From sequence record DRR723986_3135: 35,544 nt of DNA. One strand, written 5' to 3'. The notes under the pieces were generated by a model. That model ran no database searches and was not told where the DNA came from. It was given only the letters and a program-made list of their open reading frames with translations. This document shows positions 27,444 to 35,544 of this stretch, one piece after another; position 1 is the first letter of the stretch, and each line of letters starts with the position of its first letter. Position numbers and translations under genes: made by a program.

Positions 27444-28282
27444 GAATTAGCCACGGGTTTGCTGTATTCGGCTGCAATTTCACGAATAGCCATCACGGAA
27501 TTCAGGAGACTGCCGGCTTCGGCAAAACTCAATTGAGTGGCGGCATCACTTTTGGCATTGGCCGGGTCGGGATGCGCCTCCATGAACAAACCATCGATTC
27601 CGCAACCTGCCGCAGCGCGCGCCAGATGCGGGATAAACTCGCGAAAGCCACCGGATTCAGCCCCAAGTGAAGGCCGCTGGACCGAATGTGTGGCATCATA
27701 AACTACCGGGTAGCCCAGCGAGCGCATAATGATAAGACTGCGGAAATCTACGACCAGATCGTGATATCCAAAACTTGTGCCGCGCTCGGTAAGCCAGATT
27801 GGTCCCCGGCCGGCGCTGCGCACTTTGGCGGCCGCCTTGCCCATGTCCCCCGCTGCCATGAACTGCGCTTTTTTGATGTTGACTTTTTTGCCTGTGGCTC
27901 CGGCAGCCTGCAGCAAATCCGTTTGGCGCGCCAGGAAAGCTGGAATCTGAATAACGTCAACTGCATCGGCAAATGCCTCAACTTCAGCCACCGAGTGGAA
28001 ATCCGTCAGGACCGGAACATTATACTCGCTGCGAATTTCACTGAGCCAGCCGAGCGCGGTTTCATCCCCCACTCCGGTGAAGGAATCAACGCTGCTGCGA
28101 TTGGCCTTGCGGTAGGATGCCTTGAACGTAAACTCAAGTGTATGCGGCTCTGCGATTTTCAGGAGTGCTTCAGCACACTGGCGCAATTGCGCGCGCGATT
28201 CGATGATGCAGGGACCGGCAATCAGGATGAAGGCCGATTCAGCCGTGCTGTCTGTGTTGTTTTGCATTAATTCCGGATTCAC
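27440..28282 (-). CDS. kdsA: KDO8P synthase (metal-dependent type)
   Basis: IAGPC, KASY.KANRSS, QIPAFLARQTDL, ERG..FGY, DATHSVQ, FME.HP; the Cys in AGPC marks the metal-dependent class. Start is GTG 28282 or ATG 28267. Confidence 0.95.
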   Translation of the reverse strand: MNPELMQNNTDSTAESAFILIAGPCIIESRAQLRQCAEALLKIAEPHTLEFTFKASYRKANRSSVDSFTGVGDETALGWLSEIRSEYNVPVLTDFHSVAEVEAFADAVDVIQIPAFLARQTDLLQAAGATGKKVNIKKAQFMAAGDMGKAAAKVRSAGRGPIWLTERGTSFGYHDLVVDFRSLIIMRSLGYPVVYDATHSVQRPSLGAESGGFREFIPHLARAAAGCGIDGLFMEAHPDPANAKSDAATQLSFAEAGSLLNSVMAIREIAAEYSKPVANS

Positions 28283-28479
28283 TGGAGGATCAATAGAGCG
28301 GTACGATTGTGTGTACGCAGAGTCATCAACGTCAAATTACAAAAAGGACAACGGCTTTCACAACCGGAGAGACTGCCGTTTTTCCACATTCTGCGTGTAT
28401 TAATGCCAGATGCGTACGCATCACTCAACGATCATTCAGGCCGCATATTTGCTTGGCAGGGCCCACAAAATTGAATTTG

Positions 28480-28511
28480 CTTGTAGCATCACGGCGGACT
28501 GCGTATATTTC
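28480..28511 (+). promoter_or_regulatory. Putative comB-ftsK promoter
   Basis: CTTG-N20-TATATTTC (also TTGTAG-N17-TATATT) in the divergent intergenic region, 43 nt before the ATG. Confidence 0.45.
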
Positions 28512-28554
28512 CGTTTGGATCCTTGTTCACTAGAAAGCAGCATTCAAGAGGAAG

Positions 28555-29325
28555 ATGGAGATCCAGAGCTATCTCACGCATGGCCTAGTTGCGGATGACA
28601 TGTCCCAACGAGGAAGCATCGCGGTCGTTGTAGACGTCCTGCGAGCATCAACCAGTATTTGTACCGCGCTACACCGCGGTGCCCGCGAAGTTATACCCGC
28701 ACTCGAAATCGAAGACGCAATGCGCATTGCCTCCAAGCTGGACCGCGACGTCCGCCTGCTGGCCGGTGAACGCAATTGTGTAAAACCGGATGGTTTTGAT
28801 CTGGGCAATTCGCCGCGCGAATACACAAACGAGGTTCTTGACGGTAAAGCGCTCGTCTTTACTTCTACAAACGGCGCACGTGCGATTGCCAAAACGCGCT
28901 ATGCCGATCATCGGATCGTAGGTGGTTTTGCCAACCTCTCGGCACTGGTGGAATACATTCTGAATCACCGCGAAGGACCGGAAGGCACGCGACGCCTGGA
29001 CCTGGTCTGTGCCGGTACCGATGGAAACTTTTCGTTTGAAGACACATTTGGCATTGGCGCCATAGCTGCGGCGGTTCGCGCGCGGCTGGACGACGTCCAG
29101 ATTTGTGATGCAACACGTGCAGCTGTAGAGTTGTATACCTTGCACAAATCGCGCCTGACCGACTTTGTGATGTCAACACACCACGCTCAGCGCCTGCAGG
29201 AATTAGGCTTCGGAGAAGACGTAGCTTACTGCCTGAGACTTGACACCGCACCTGTCGTTCCCATATTCGAAAATTCGACGCTGAAGGCCGCGCTCCGCGC
29301 ATCTATGGATAGTCCTTCAGTGTAG
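28555..29325 (+). CDS. comB: 2-phosphosulfolactate phosphatase family protein
   Basis: VVVDVLRASTSI, LAGER, GFDLGNSP, TSTNG, CAG..G.FS.ED; AGAGG SD. Confidence 0.92.
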   Translation: MEIQSYLTHGLVADDMSQRGSIAVVVDVLRASTSICTALHRGAREVIPALEIEDAMRIASKLDRDVRLLAGERNCVKPDGFDLGNSPREYTNEVLDGKALVFTSTNGARAIAKTRYADHRIVGGFANLSALVEYILNHREGPEGTRRLDLVCAGTDGNFSFEDTFGIGAIAAAVRARLDDVQICDATRAAVELYTLHKSRLTDFVMSTHHAQRLQELGFGEDVAYCLRLDTAPVVPIFENSTLKAALRASMDSPSV

Positions 29326-29348
29326 AAGCAGCAGCATGGAGGGGAAAT

Positions 29349-32273
29349 ATGAACCAGAATTCCGACGGCGATGTAGTCATCCGCCGCGAACGTGACGTAC
29401 CCAAAGGCGCAGGTCGTAAGCGGCAGGCTCCACAAACCGGGAATGCGCGCGCACGCGCGGCGACCGGCGGCGCTGCCGGCAGTAAAAAAACAGCCGGAGC
29501 CAAAGGCAAATCCAAACAAGCAGCAACACCCAGTATCTTTCAGCGGCATCGCGACAAGATAGCCGCAGTCCTGCTCGGCCTGGGAGCACTCCTGCTCCTC
29601 CTGGCACTCCTTTCTTATACACCCTACGACGAAGCTAACGCAAGCCTGTCCTTCTCCGATCTGATCGGACTAGTACAGGGCGACGAGGCCGTGCGTGCGC
29701 GCGCCGATACAACCCACAACTGGCTGGGCTTGCTCGGAGCCGTGATTGCGCACTTCCTCTACGTCAATACGATTGGCTACGCTTCACTGATTTTCCCAGT
29801 CCTGATTATGATTTGGGCGTCGGCAATATTCCGCCGGCACGTGGTGCAAAACCTTGTGCGCGCTACGAGTCTGACGCTTGCTCTGGGAGTACTCGCAGCC
29901 GCGTTTGCGGGAGTTATTCAGCTGATTGACTGGATGCCGGCCCTCGCCCCTGAATGGAGCGGCAGCGTCGGACAGTTTATCGCCACGATCAGTTCACAAC
30001 TGATTGGCAGCGCGGGAGCCTTTCTGCTCCTGACGGCACTGACGGCAATCGCGCTGATAGTCGGCCTGGATGTGGACGTCGAAGACCTCTGGGACAAAAT
30101 CCAGCTGAAACTCAAGCAACTGGGCGAACATATTGGCGTTCTCAAGAACAACCTCAAAGCCAAAGCTGACGCAGACGACGGCGAGGAAGAAGACGAAGAA
30201 CCCGAAGTCCCGGCCGCGCCCGAGCCACTCGTAGAAGACATACCGCTCGATCCGGATGAAGAAGAGCCGGCCCGCGCCCTCAGGCGCAGCAGCGAAAAAA
30301 GCGGCGAACCCAGCGGCTGGAACGGCGTGCTGCAACGCATCGATAAATCATCTGCAGAGTCATCAGCAGAGTCGTTTGAAGAATCCCCCGCTGCTTCCGC
30401 AGCAAAAGCCCCCAAGACAAATGCAGCGGCGAATCCTCAGGTTAACACGCCGACCATCCAACCGATGGCCAAGCGCGAAGCAGCTCCGGTTGCAGCTCCC
30501 AAAATAGTACGACGCGAAAACGCCGACACAGCGCCGGCTGCAGATACAACTGTTAACCCGCTGGATGCTGCACGTAAAAGTGCAGCCACTGCAGGACCAG
30601 CAGCCTCCGGTTTAAATGCCGCTCAACGGCTGATGGAGGACGACCCGGAGACAAACAGTGAAATTCAAGAAAGCGTACCGCAGGTAGACGCGCCCACAAC
30701 ACCTTCCTTAACATTAACACTTAAGGAACAGGAAGCCGAAGCCAAAAGTAAAGAGCGGACCTTGGTGGAACAACATCCGCTGGACGAAGAAATTATTTAT
30801 GAACCGCCCAAAATTGACATCCTGATTGACGATGAAGAAGAGATGGATGTTGACGAGGAAGAACTTAAACAAAATGCACGCATCCTGCAGGAGAAGCTGC
30901 AGACGTTTAAGATTGAAATTGAAAACTTAACAGTTACGCCCGGCCCCGTAGTTACGCAATACGAATTTGTGCCCGCCGCCGGTGTTAAAGTCAGCCAGAT
31001 TGAAAACCTGGCGAACGACATCTCAATGGCGCTCAAAGCGCGTGGAATCAGGATTATTGCGCCGGTGCCGGGACGTGGAACGGTCGCCTGTGAAATTCCG
31101 AATGCCAAACCGGCGATGGTGCGTTTTGGTGGAATTGTACGTTCCAAGAAGTTTACTGAAGACAAAAAAAGCATACTGCCGCTGGCACTTGGAAAGTCCA
31201 TTTCCGGTGACGTAATCACAGCTGACCTGGCTAAAATGCCGCACCTGTTAATTGCCGGTTCTACGGGCTCGGGTAAATCTGTAGGTGTTAACACAATTAT
31301 TAACTCCCTGCTTTACAGGATCCATCCGAAGCGCCTTAAACTGATGATTATCGACCCTAAAAAAGTCGAGATGACGTTTTATAAAGATTTGGGCAACCAC
31401 TTTCTGGCAATTTGTCCGGACATCGACGAGACCATTATTACAACGCCGGCGAATGCCGTAACGGCGCTGAAGTCGCTTGTAATCGAGATGGAGCAGCGTT
31501 ATGACGTGCTCGCAAAAGTTGGCCAGCGCAATATTGCCGACTATAATAAGAAGGTTCTGGCGGGCGCATACAAGGACACAACGGACATGGTCCATCGCGA
31601 GATGCCATACATTGTGTGTATTGTGGATGAGCTTGCCGACCTGATGATGACGGCCGGTAAAGAAGTTGAAGAGTCGATTACGCGTCTGGCGCAGCTGGCA
31701 CGTGCTATCGGAATTCACTTAATTGTGGCTACGCAGCGTCCTTCGGTAGATGTTATCACGGGTTTAATTAAAGCCAACTTCCCTGCGCGGATTGCTTACA
31801 TGGTTTCGTCCAAAATTGATTCGCGCACGATTCTGGACATGATGGGAGCAGAGCACCTGCTGGGTAATGGTGACATGTTGTACCTGCCGGGCGGCGCGCC
31901 TAAACCTGTGCGTGTGCAGAATGCGTTTATTACTACTGAAGAAGTTGAAGAAATTTGCCGTCATATCGGGCGCCAGATTGGTTATTCAAAACCCTATGAA
32001 TTACCGACGACGCAGGAAAATCATTTCCAGGCCGACGGTGTTAACGTAGCGGCGGATCGCGATGAACTGTTTAATGAAGCGGCACGTATTGTTGTGCGAC
32101 ATCAGCAGGGTTCGGTTTCGCTCCTGCAGCGTCGTTTAAAAGTTGGTTATTCGCGTGCCGCGCGAATCATGGACCAGCTGGAGGACGCGGGAGTTGTTGG
32201 CTCTTTTGACGGCTCCAAGGCACGCCAGGTGCAGTTTGAGAGTGAGATGGAGTTGGAAGCGGTGCTGGTGTAA
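29349..32273 (+). CDS. ftsK: DNA translocase FtsK
   Basis: N-terminal multi-TM domain, long Ala/Pro/Glu linker, Walker A GSTGSGKS, DELADLMM, ATQRPSVDV, gamma domain SLLQRRLKVGYSRAAR; GGAGG SD. Confidence 0.98.
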   Translation: MNQNSDGDVVIRRERDVPKGAGRKRQAPQTGNARARAATGGAAGSKKTAGAKGKSKQAATPSIFQRHRDKIAAVLLGLGALLLLLALLSYTPYDEANASLSFSDLIGLVQGDEAVRARADTTHNWLGLLGAVIAHFLYVNTIGYASLIFPVLIMIWASAIFRRHVVQNLVRATSLTLALGVLAAAFAGVIQLIDWMPALAPEWSGSVGQFIATISSQLIGSAGAFLLLTALTAIALIVGLDVDVEDLWDKIQLKLKQLGEHIGVLKNNLKAKADADDGEEEDEEPEVPAAPEPLVEDIPLDPDEEEPARALRRSSEKSGEPSGWNGVLQRIDKSSAESSAESFEESPAASAAKAPKTNAAANPQVNTPTIQPMAKREAAPVAAPKIVRRENADTAPAADTTVNPLDAARKSAATAGPAASGLNAAQRLMEDDPETNSEIQESVPQVDAPTTPSLTLTLKEQEAEAKSKERTLVEQHPLDEEIIYEPPKIDILIDDEEEMDVDEEELKQNARILQEKLQTFKIEIENLTVTPGPVVTQYEFVPAAGVKVSQIENLANDISMALKARGIRIIAPVPGRGTVACEIPNAKPAMVRFGGIVRSKKFTEDKKSILPLALGKSISGDVITADLAKMPHLLIAGSTGSGKSVGVNTIINSLLYRIHPKRLKLMIIDPKKVEMTFYKDLGNHFLAICPDIDETIITTPANAVTALKSLVIEMEQRYDVLAKVGQRNIADYNKKVLAGAYKDTTDMVHREMPYIVCIVDELADLMMTAGKEVEESITRLAQLARAIGIHLIVATQRPSVDVITGLIKANFPARIAYMVSSKIDSRTILDMMGAEHLLGNGDMLYLPGGAPKPVRVQNAFITTEEVEEICRHIGRQIGYSKPYELPTTQENHFQADGVNVAADRDELFNEAARIVVRHQQGSVSLLQRRLKVGYSRAARIMDQLEDAGVVGSFDGSKARQVQFESEMELEAVLV

Positions 32274-32282
32274 GGAGTGCTT

Positions 32283-32828
32283 GTGAACGCACAACATGTT
32301 AAAATTCACCCTCCGCGCAGGGACCAGCAGGCTGCAATCGAAACACTGATTGCGGAAGTGGTTAATACAGCGATGCTCTCGGAAGGCGTCGATCCTTCCA
32401 ACCCCGACATCCGCGCAGAAATAACACGCCAGGTTAATGGTTTGGAGGCCAATTTAAACGGCAATCCGGACTTCTACTATTTGGTGGCTGAATCAAAATT
32501 GAAAGTCGTTGCTACCGCAGCAATTGTCCCCGTTAACGAAGTGATACAAAAACACCTGGACTTAAACGCTGATACTCCCGAGCTCGGCAATGTTTTGGTT
32601 GATCACGCGCTGCATGGACACGGCATTGGTGCCGGCCTGTTTCGTGCAATTGTGCAGGAGCTTCAGCGCCGCAATGTTAAAGATTTTGTGCTGGACTGCG
32701 GCTACGGCAAATCACAAGGTTTTTGGAAACATTTATTGGGTTCGCCTGACGTGACACTTAAGGATTACTACGCGCCGGGTGCGGATCATTTGATTTGGCA
32801 GCGCTTGCTTGCGGATGTCGTGACCTGA
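32283..32828 (+). CDS. GNAT family N-acetyltransferase
   Basis: V.V....HGHGIG..L acetyl-CoA motif A. GTG 32283 preferred over 32277 because AGGAG lies 5 nt upstream. Confidence 0.85.
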   Translation: MNAQHVKIHPPRRDQQAAIETLIAEVVNTAMLSEGVDPSNPDIRAEITRQVNGLEANLNGNPDFYYLVAESKLKVVATAAIVPVNEVIQKHLDLNADTPELGNVLVDHALHGHGIGAGLFRAIVQELQRRNVKDFVLDCGYGKSQGFWKHLLGSPDVTLKDYYAPGADHLIWQRLLADVVT

Positions 32829-33070
32829 TACCTTGTTCAGTGCTTCCGGTTCGATTACCCAAAACACCATGACTCGTTTGAGCTGCGCTCACTCGTTAAC
32901 AGCCTTCTTGTTAGTCACTGGGATCAGATGCTGAAGTCTCTGAGTCTGGCGCAAGTCTATGTGAGTTTCCTCTCAACGATTCAGCTGCAAAAACTTGAGA
33001 CTCAAATGTTTGAGGTGAGTTTGAGTACTTCTGTCTGTGGACTCAGCGCAAAACAAGAAGCTCATAAAAA

Positions 33071-33096
33071 AGTCGGCAAAGAATTTGCCAGCGATC
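33071..33096 (+). repeat. Left copy of a 26-28 bp inverted repeat
   Basis: AGTCGGCAAA-G-AATTTGCCAGCGATC; matches the reverse complement of 35517-35544 except in the loop. Confidence 0.8.
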
Positions 33097-33275
33097 TGCT
33101 TCCACTCCCCGCTCACCACGGAACGGATAATCTGCATTGCCAACAGATAAGCTTGAGATGAATTTTCAACTAATGTGACATGTAGGTAAGCATGCTCTCA
33201 ATAAGCCATACCCGTCCGCTTAATCAGGCTACACACTCCCGAGAAATGCACTGAACTTTGGCATTCCCCCTGCCA

Positions 33276-33306
33276 CGTGGAGTAATCGCGTTTGGGATTA
33301 CTCACG
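33276..33306. promoter_or_regulatory. Palindrome upstream of the T9SS cargo gene (operator or leader hairpin)
   Basis: GAGTAATC-N8-GATTACTC (33280-33303), extendable by CGT/ACG with one bulge. Confidence 0.45.
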
Positions 33307-33379
33307 ATCTCTGCCGGCCGCCCGACCTTGGCAGCGATTTTCACTACCTGATTCTTTCTACTATTGCCGGAGTTCTACT

Positions 33380-35356
33380 ATGTCATTGCGCATACTCATT
33401 GGAATTTCAACGTGTCTGCTAGTTGCTGCTGTTGCTACCAGCAGTGCACAAGGTCTTGTAACGGTTCAGTTTGAAGGCAAAGTCACCGCTCTGACGGCAA
33501 ACCAACAAGTATTCAAGATATTTATGTATGATGAAGTCAGCGGCAGCCTGACATTTGATCCCTTCTCTAACCTTCAGTCGACTTCTTCTGAACCATCAAT
33601 GGACAGAAATAGCTATGACCTGAAAACCGGCAGCAACGCTCAGTTTATCGTGAGTATTGGTGAGCACCTGTTCGCTTCCAGGCCGGCAAATCAGATGGCT
33701 GACGAAGATGGCTTTTGGTGTGACTTTCAACGGGAAAAAGTAACGGCAAACAACAATTCACCGACCTGTCGTGTGAAGTTCCAAAATTCCGTCGCAGATC
33801 AAATGTCGCAGACCTTAGCTCCGGCATTTGAGATGAATTTTGAACGGCAAAACTGTCACAGACACGGATATGTAAACGAGCTGGCGAGCTTCACTCAAAC
33901 TACGGATTGGGACAAAGCGACCATCAAAATTCTTGTCCGCGAAGACGGCCACTACGCTGGATTCGTAGCCGAAATCACCTCGTTCAAATTTGTTGATGTT
34001 AACTCCCCATCAATTAGCGGGACGATGTTTATGGACGAAAACTCCAACTGTGAAGCTGATGACGCCCACAATTTGGGCAGACGTGTGATCAAGATCACAC
34101 CTGGACCTTTCCATGCCATCGTCAATTCCGCTGGAGAATATTCGATTCAACTGCCCAGCGGCACATACGAAGCACACATTGCTGAGCGCCCACTCTGGAA
34201 GTTCACCTGTGTAGATGGCCCGACTCAAATCAGGCTGGGAAATGACAATCAATCGGTCGAAGCGCATTACGCTTTTGAGCCCACGCAAATGCTGGAAGCA
34301 CTTGATGTTTCGCTGGCGGCGGGCCGGGCGCGACCGGGCTTTCCCATGGAATATTGTATTCGCCTCGAAAATGTCGGGACACTGCCCTACAGCGGCAGCA
34401 TACGTTTTGAGCACGACGCCTTGCTCACAGACGTTTCAAGCGCACCGGAGGCCGATTGGTATTCCGCGCCGACAGCTGAGTGGCATATCGCTGAACTGCC
34501 AATTGGCACAGTGCAGGTCATTAAAATCAGCACAATGGTCCCTGCAGATGAAACATTACTTGGGACGATGCTGTGCTCTCGGGTAATGAGTGAAGTTGAT
34601 CGTAAATCTGAGGATGAAATTCTGAGCGCCGCGTCCGACGAAATCTGTACGGAAATCCGCGGTGCCTACGACCCAAATGACATTCAGGTATTCAGTGGCA
34701 TTCAGAATGCGGACGGTCCAATCAGTCAGGACAACTTAACACTGACCTATTTAATTCGCTTTCAAAATGAAGGCAATGAGGATGCTCTCACCGTGCGGGT
34801 CGTGGATGCTCTCAGTCAGTTTCACAAGATTGAATCACTGCAGTTTGGCGCCGCGAGCCACCCAGCCGAAATCAGTTTCAACAACGAGGGTGAACTGGTC
34901 TGGACGTTTAATGATATCAACCTGCCACCAAAATCCGTTGACGAAAATGCCAGCCAGGGCTTTGTGAAGTTTAAGGTTAAACTCAAAGACGAACTTGCCA
35001 TCGGCACTGAAATTCCCAACAGCGCAGCTATCCACTTTGACTTTAACAGCCCAGTGATTACCAATACTGTCGTCAGCCGCATTACAAACACCACAACGTC
35101 CGTGGGCTCTGAGCTGGACGCGAGCCAGGTTAAGATTTACCCGAATCCGAGTTCGGACAGGCTACGAGTGCGGCTGGACCAGCCTGGCTTAGCAACTCTT
35201 TCGATTCGCAATCTGCTGGGACAAACCGTATTTTCGGAGTCAAGCGCTTCAGCGGTACATGATATAGACTTGAGTCAAATTCCGCCAGGCAGTTACTTTC
35301 TGAGAGTTGAAACCGAGCAAGGTTCGTTAATTGAACAATTTGCAATTCAGCGTTAA
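33380..35356 (+). CDS. Secreted protein with T9SS type-A C-terminal sorting domain and Ig-like (SdrD-B/DUF11/DPND-type) modules
   Basis: Signal peptide ending SSA|Q; ISG..F.D.N.NC; Y.I...N.GT; AYDPND, LTY.IRFQN.G, A.I.FDFN.PV.TN; CTD with IYPNP, NLLGQ, IDLS....G.Y; GGAG SD. Confidence 0.88.
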   Translation: MSLRILIGISTCLLVAAVATSSAQGLVTVQFEGKVTALTANQQVFKIFMYDEVSGSLTFDPFSNLQSTSSEPSMDRNSYDLKTGSNAQFIVSIGEHLFASRPANQMADEDGFWCDFQREKVTANNNSPTCRVKFQNSVADQMSQTLAPAFEMNFERQNCHRHGYVNELASFTQTTDWDKATIKILVREDGHYAGFVAEITSFKFVDVNSPSISGTMFMDENSNCEADDAHNLGRRVIKITPGPFHAIVNSAGEYSIQLPSGTYEAHIAERPLWKFTCVDGPTQIRLGNDNQSVEAHYAFEPTQMLEALDVSLAAGRARPGFPMEYCIRLENVGTLPYSGSIRFEHDALLTDVSSAPEADWYSAPTAEWHIAELPIGTVQVIKISTMVPADETLLGTMLCSRVMSEVDRKSEDEILSAASDEICTEIRGAYDPNDIQVFSGIQNADGPISQDNLTLTYLIRFQNEGNEDALTVRVVDALSQFHKIESLQFGAASHPAEISFNNEGELVWTFNDINLPPKSVDENASQGFVKFKVKLKDELAIGTEIPNSAAIHFDFNSPVITNTVVSRITNTTTSVGSELDASQVKIYPNPSSDRLRVRLDQPGLATLSIRNLLGQTVFSESSASAVHDIDLSQIPPGSYFLRVETEQGSLIEQFAIQR

Positions 35357-35364
35357 AATTCAGC

Positions 35365-35412
35365 AAAAACTCCCCGGCCGGATGTCTTAAAGTTTATCCA
35401 CTTGGCCGGGGA
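35365..35412. terminator. Probable terminator hairpin after the T9SS cargo gene
   Basis: TCCCCGGCC (35371-35379)/GGCCGGGGA (35404-35412). The A5 run on the left gives a U tract on the minus strand; the plus-strand tail is weak. Confidence 0.55.
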
Positions 35413-35516
35413 TCTGTTGTCGGAGGTTAAGGGTACACCGCCTTCTCGTTCGACCATTGTTATTAATTACTCCATTTAGACGAGTCATTTTTGGCCGGTT
35501 AACCACGGTATTGTTT

Positions 35517-35544
35517 GATCGCTGGCAAATTGCATTTGCCGACT
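35517..35544 (-). repeat. Right copy of the inverted repeat, cut by the window end
   Basis: Reverse complement reads AGTCGGCAAA-TGC-AATTTGCCAGCGATC. Confidence 0.8.

Noticed and set aside
28283-28554. Strand switch as a replication origin or terminus
   Set aside because: No DnaA-box cluster or dif-like site recognised; an ordinary divergent promoter region explains it.
32829-33100. Integron attC site after the GNAT gene
   Set aside because: No properly spaced RYYYAAC...GTTRRRY pair with L boxes, no integrase, and the GNAT is tightly coupled to ftsK.
32928-33161. 77-aa ORF in the GNAT-T9SS gap
   Set aside because: No family features, weak initiation signals, and it runs through repeat and palindromic DNA.
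1-35544. CRISPR array, tRNA/rRNA, prophage, transposase, defence system, recoded stop codons
   Set aside because: No regularly spaced repeats, cloverleafs or relevant protein motifs seen; all genes read through in the standard code without frameshifts.

Overview
Bacterial chromosomal window, almost all housekeeping and cell-envelope genes. It most likely comes from an FCB-group organism outside the class Bacteroidia (Ignavibacteria/Kapabacteria/Chlorobi/Rhodothermia-like). This is inferred from a T9SS type-A C-terminal domain, TAnnTTTG-type promoters, Gln at +1 after signal peptides, and clear Shine-Dalgarno sites. Every credible gene from 819 to 28282 is on the minus strand. In transcription order they are: kdsA-lptC-tpiA-pgsA-pgpA, hup, pyrB-carB-prmC, then a 9-gene cluster (STAS, exbB, exbD, exbD, tonB-like, tonB-like, small membrane protein, PstS-fold lipoprotein, TPR protein), then yceD-rpmF-plsX-fabH-fabD-fabG-acpP-fabF-rnc, and a fusion of an HEXXH peptidase-like domain, a TolB-like propeller and an Omp85 barrel. 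From 28555 the genes are on the plus strand: comB-like phosphatase, ftsK, a GNAT and a T9SS cargo protein. The best candidate for an undescribed system is the receptor-less Ton/Tol-like motor cluster. Its two ExbDs share 28 identical residues despite about 18 silent DNA differences, it has tandem TonB paralogues and strand-specific intergenic hairpins, and it may partner with the peptidase-propeller-Omp85 protein. A 26-28 bp inverted repeat brackets the T9SS cargo gene and runs off the window end. I saw no rRNA, tRNA, CRISPR array, transposase or integrase. All calls rest on motif recognition by eye; no searches were run.
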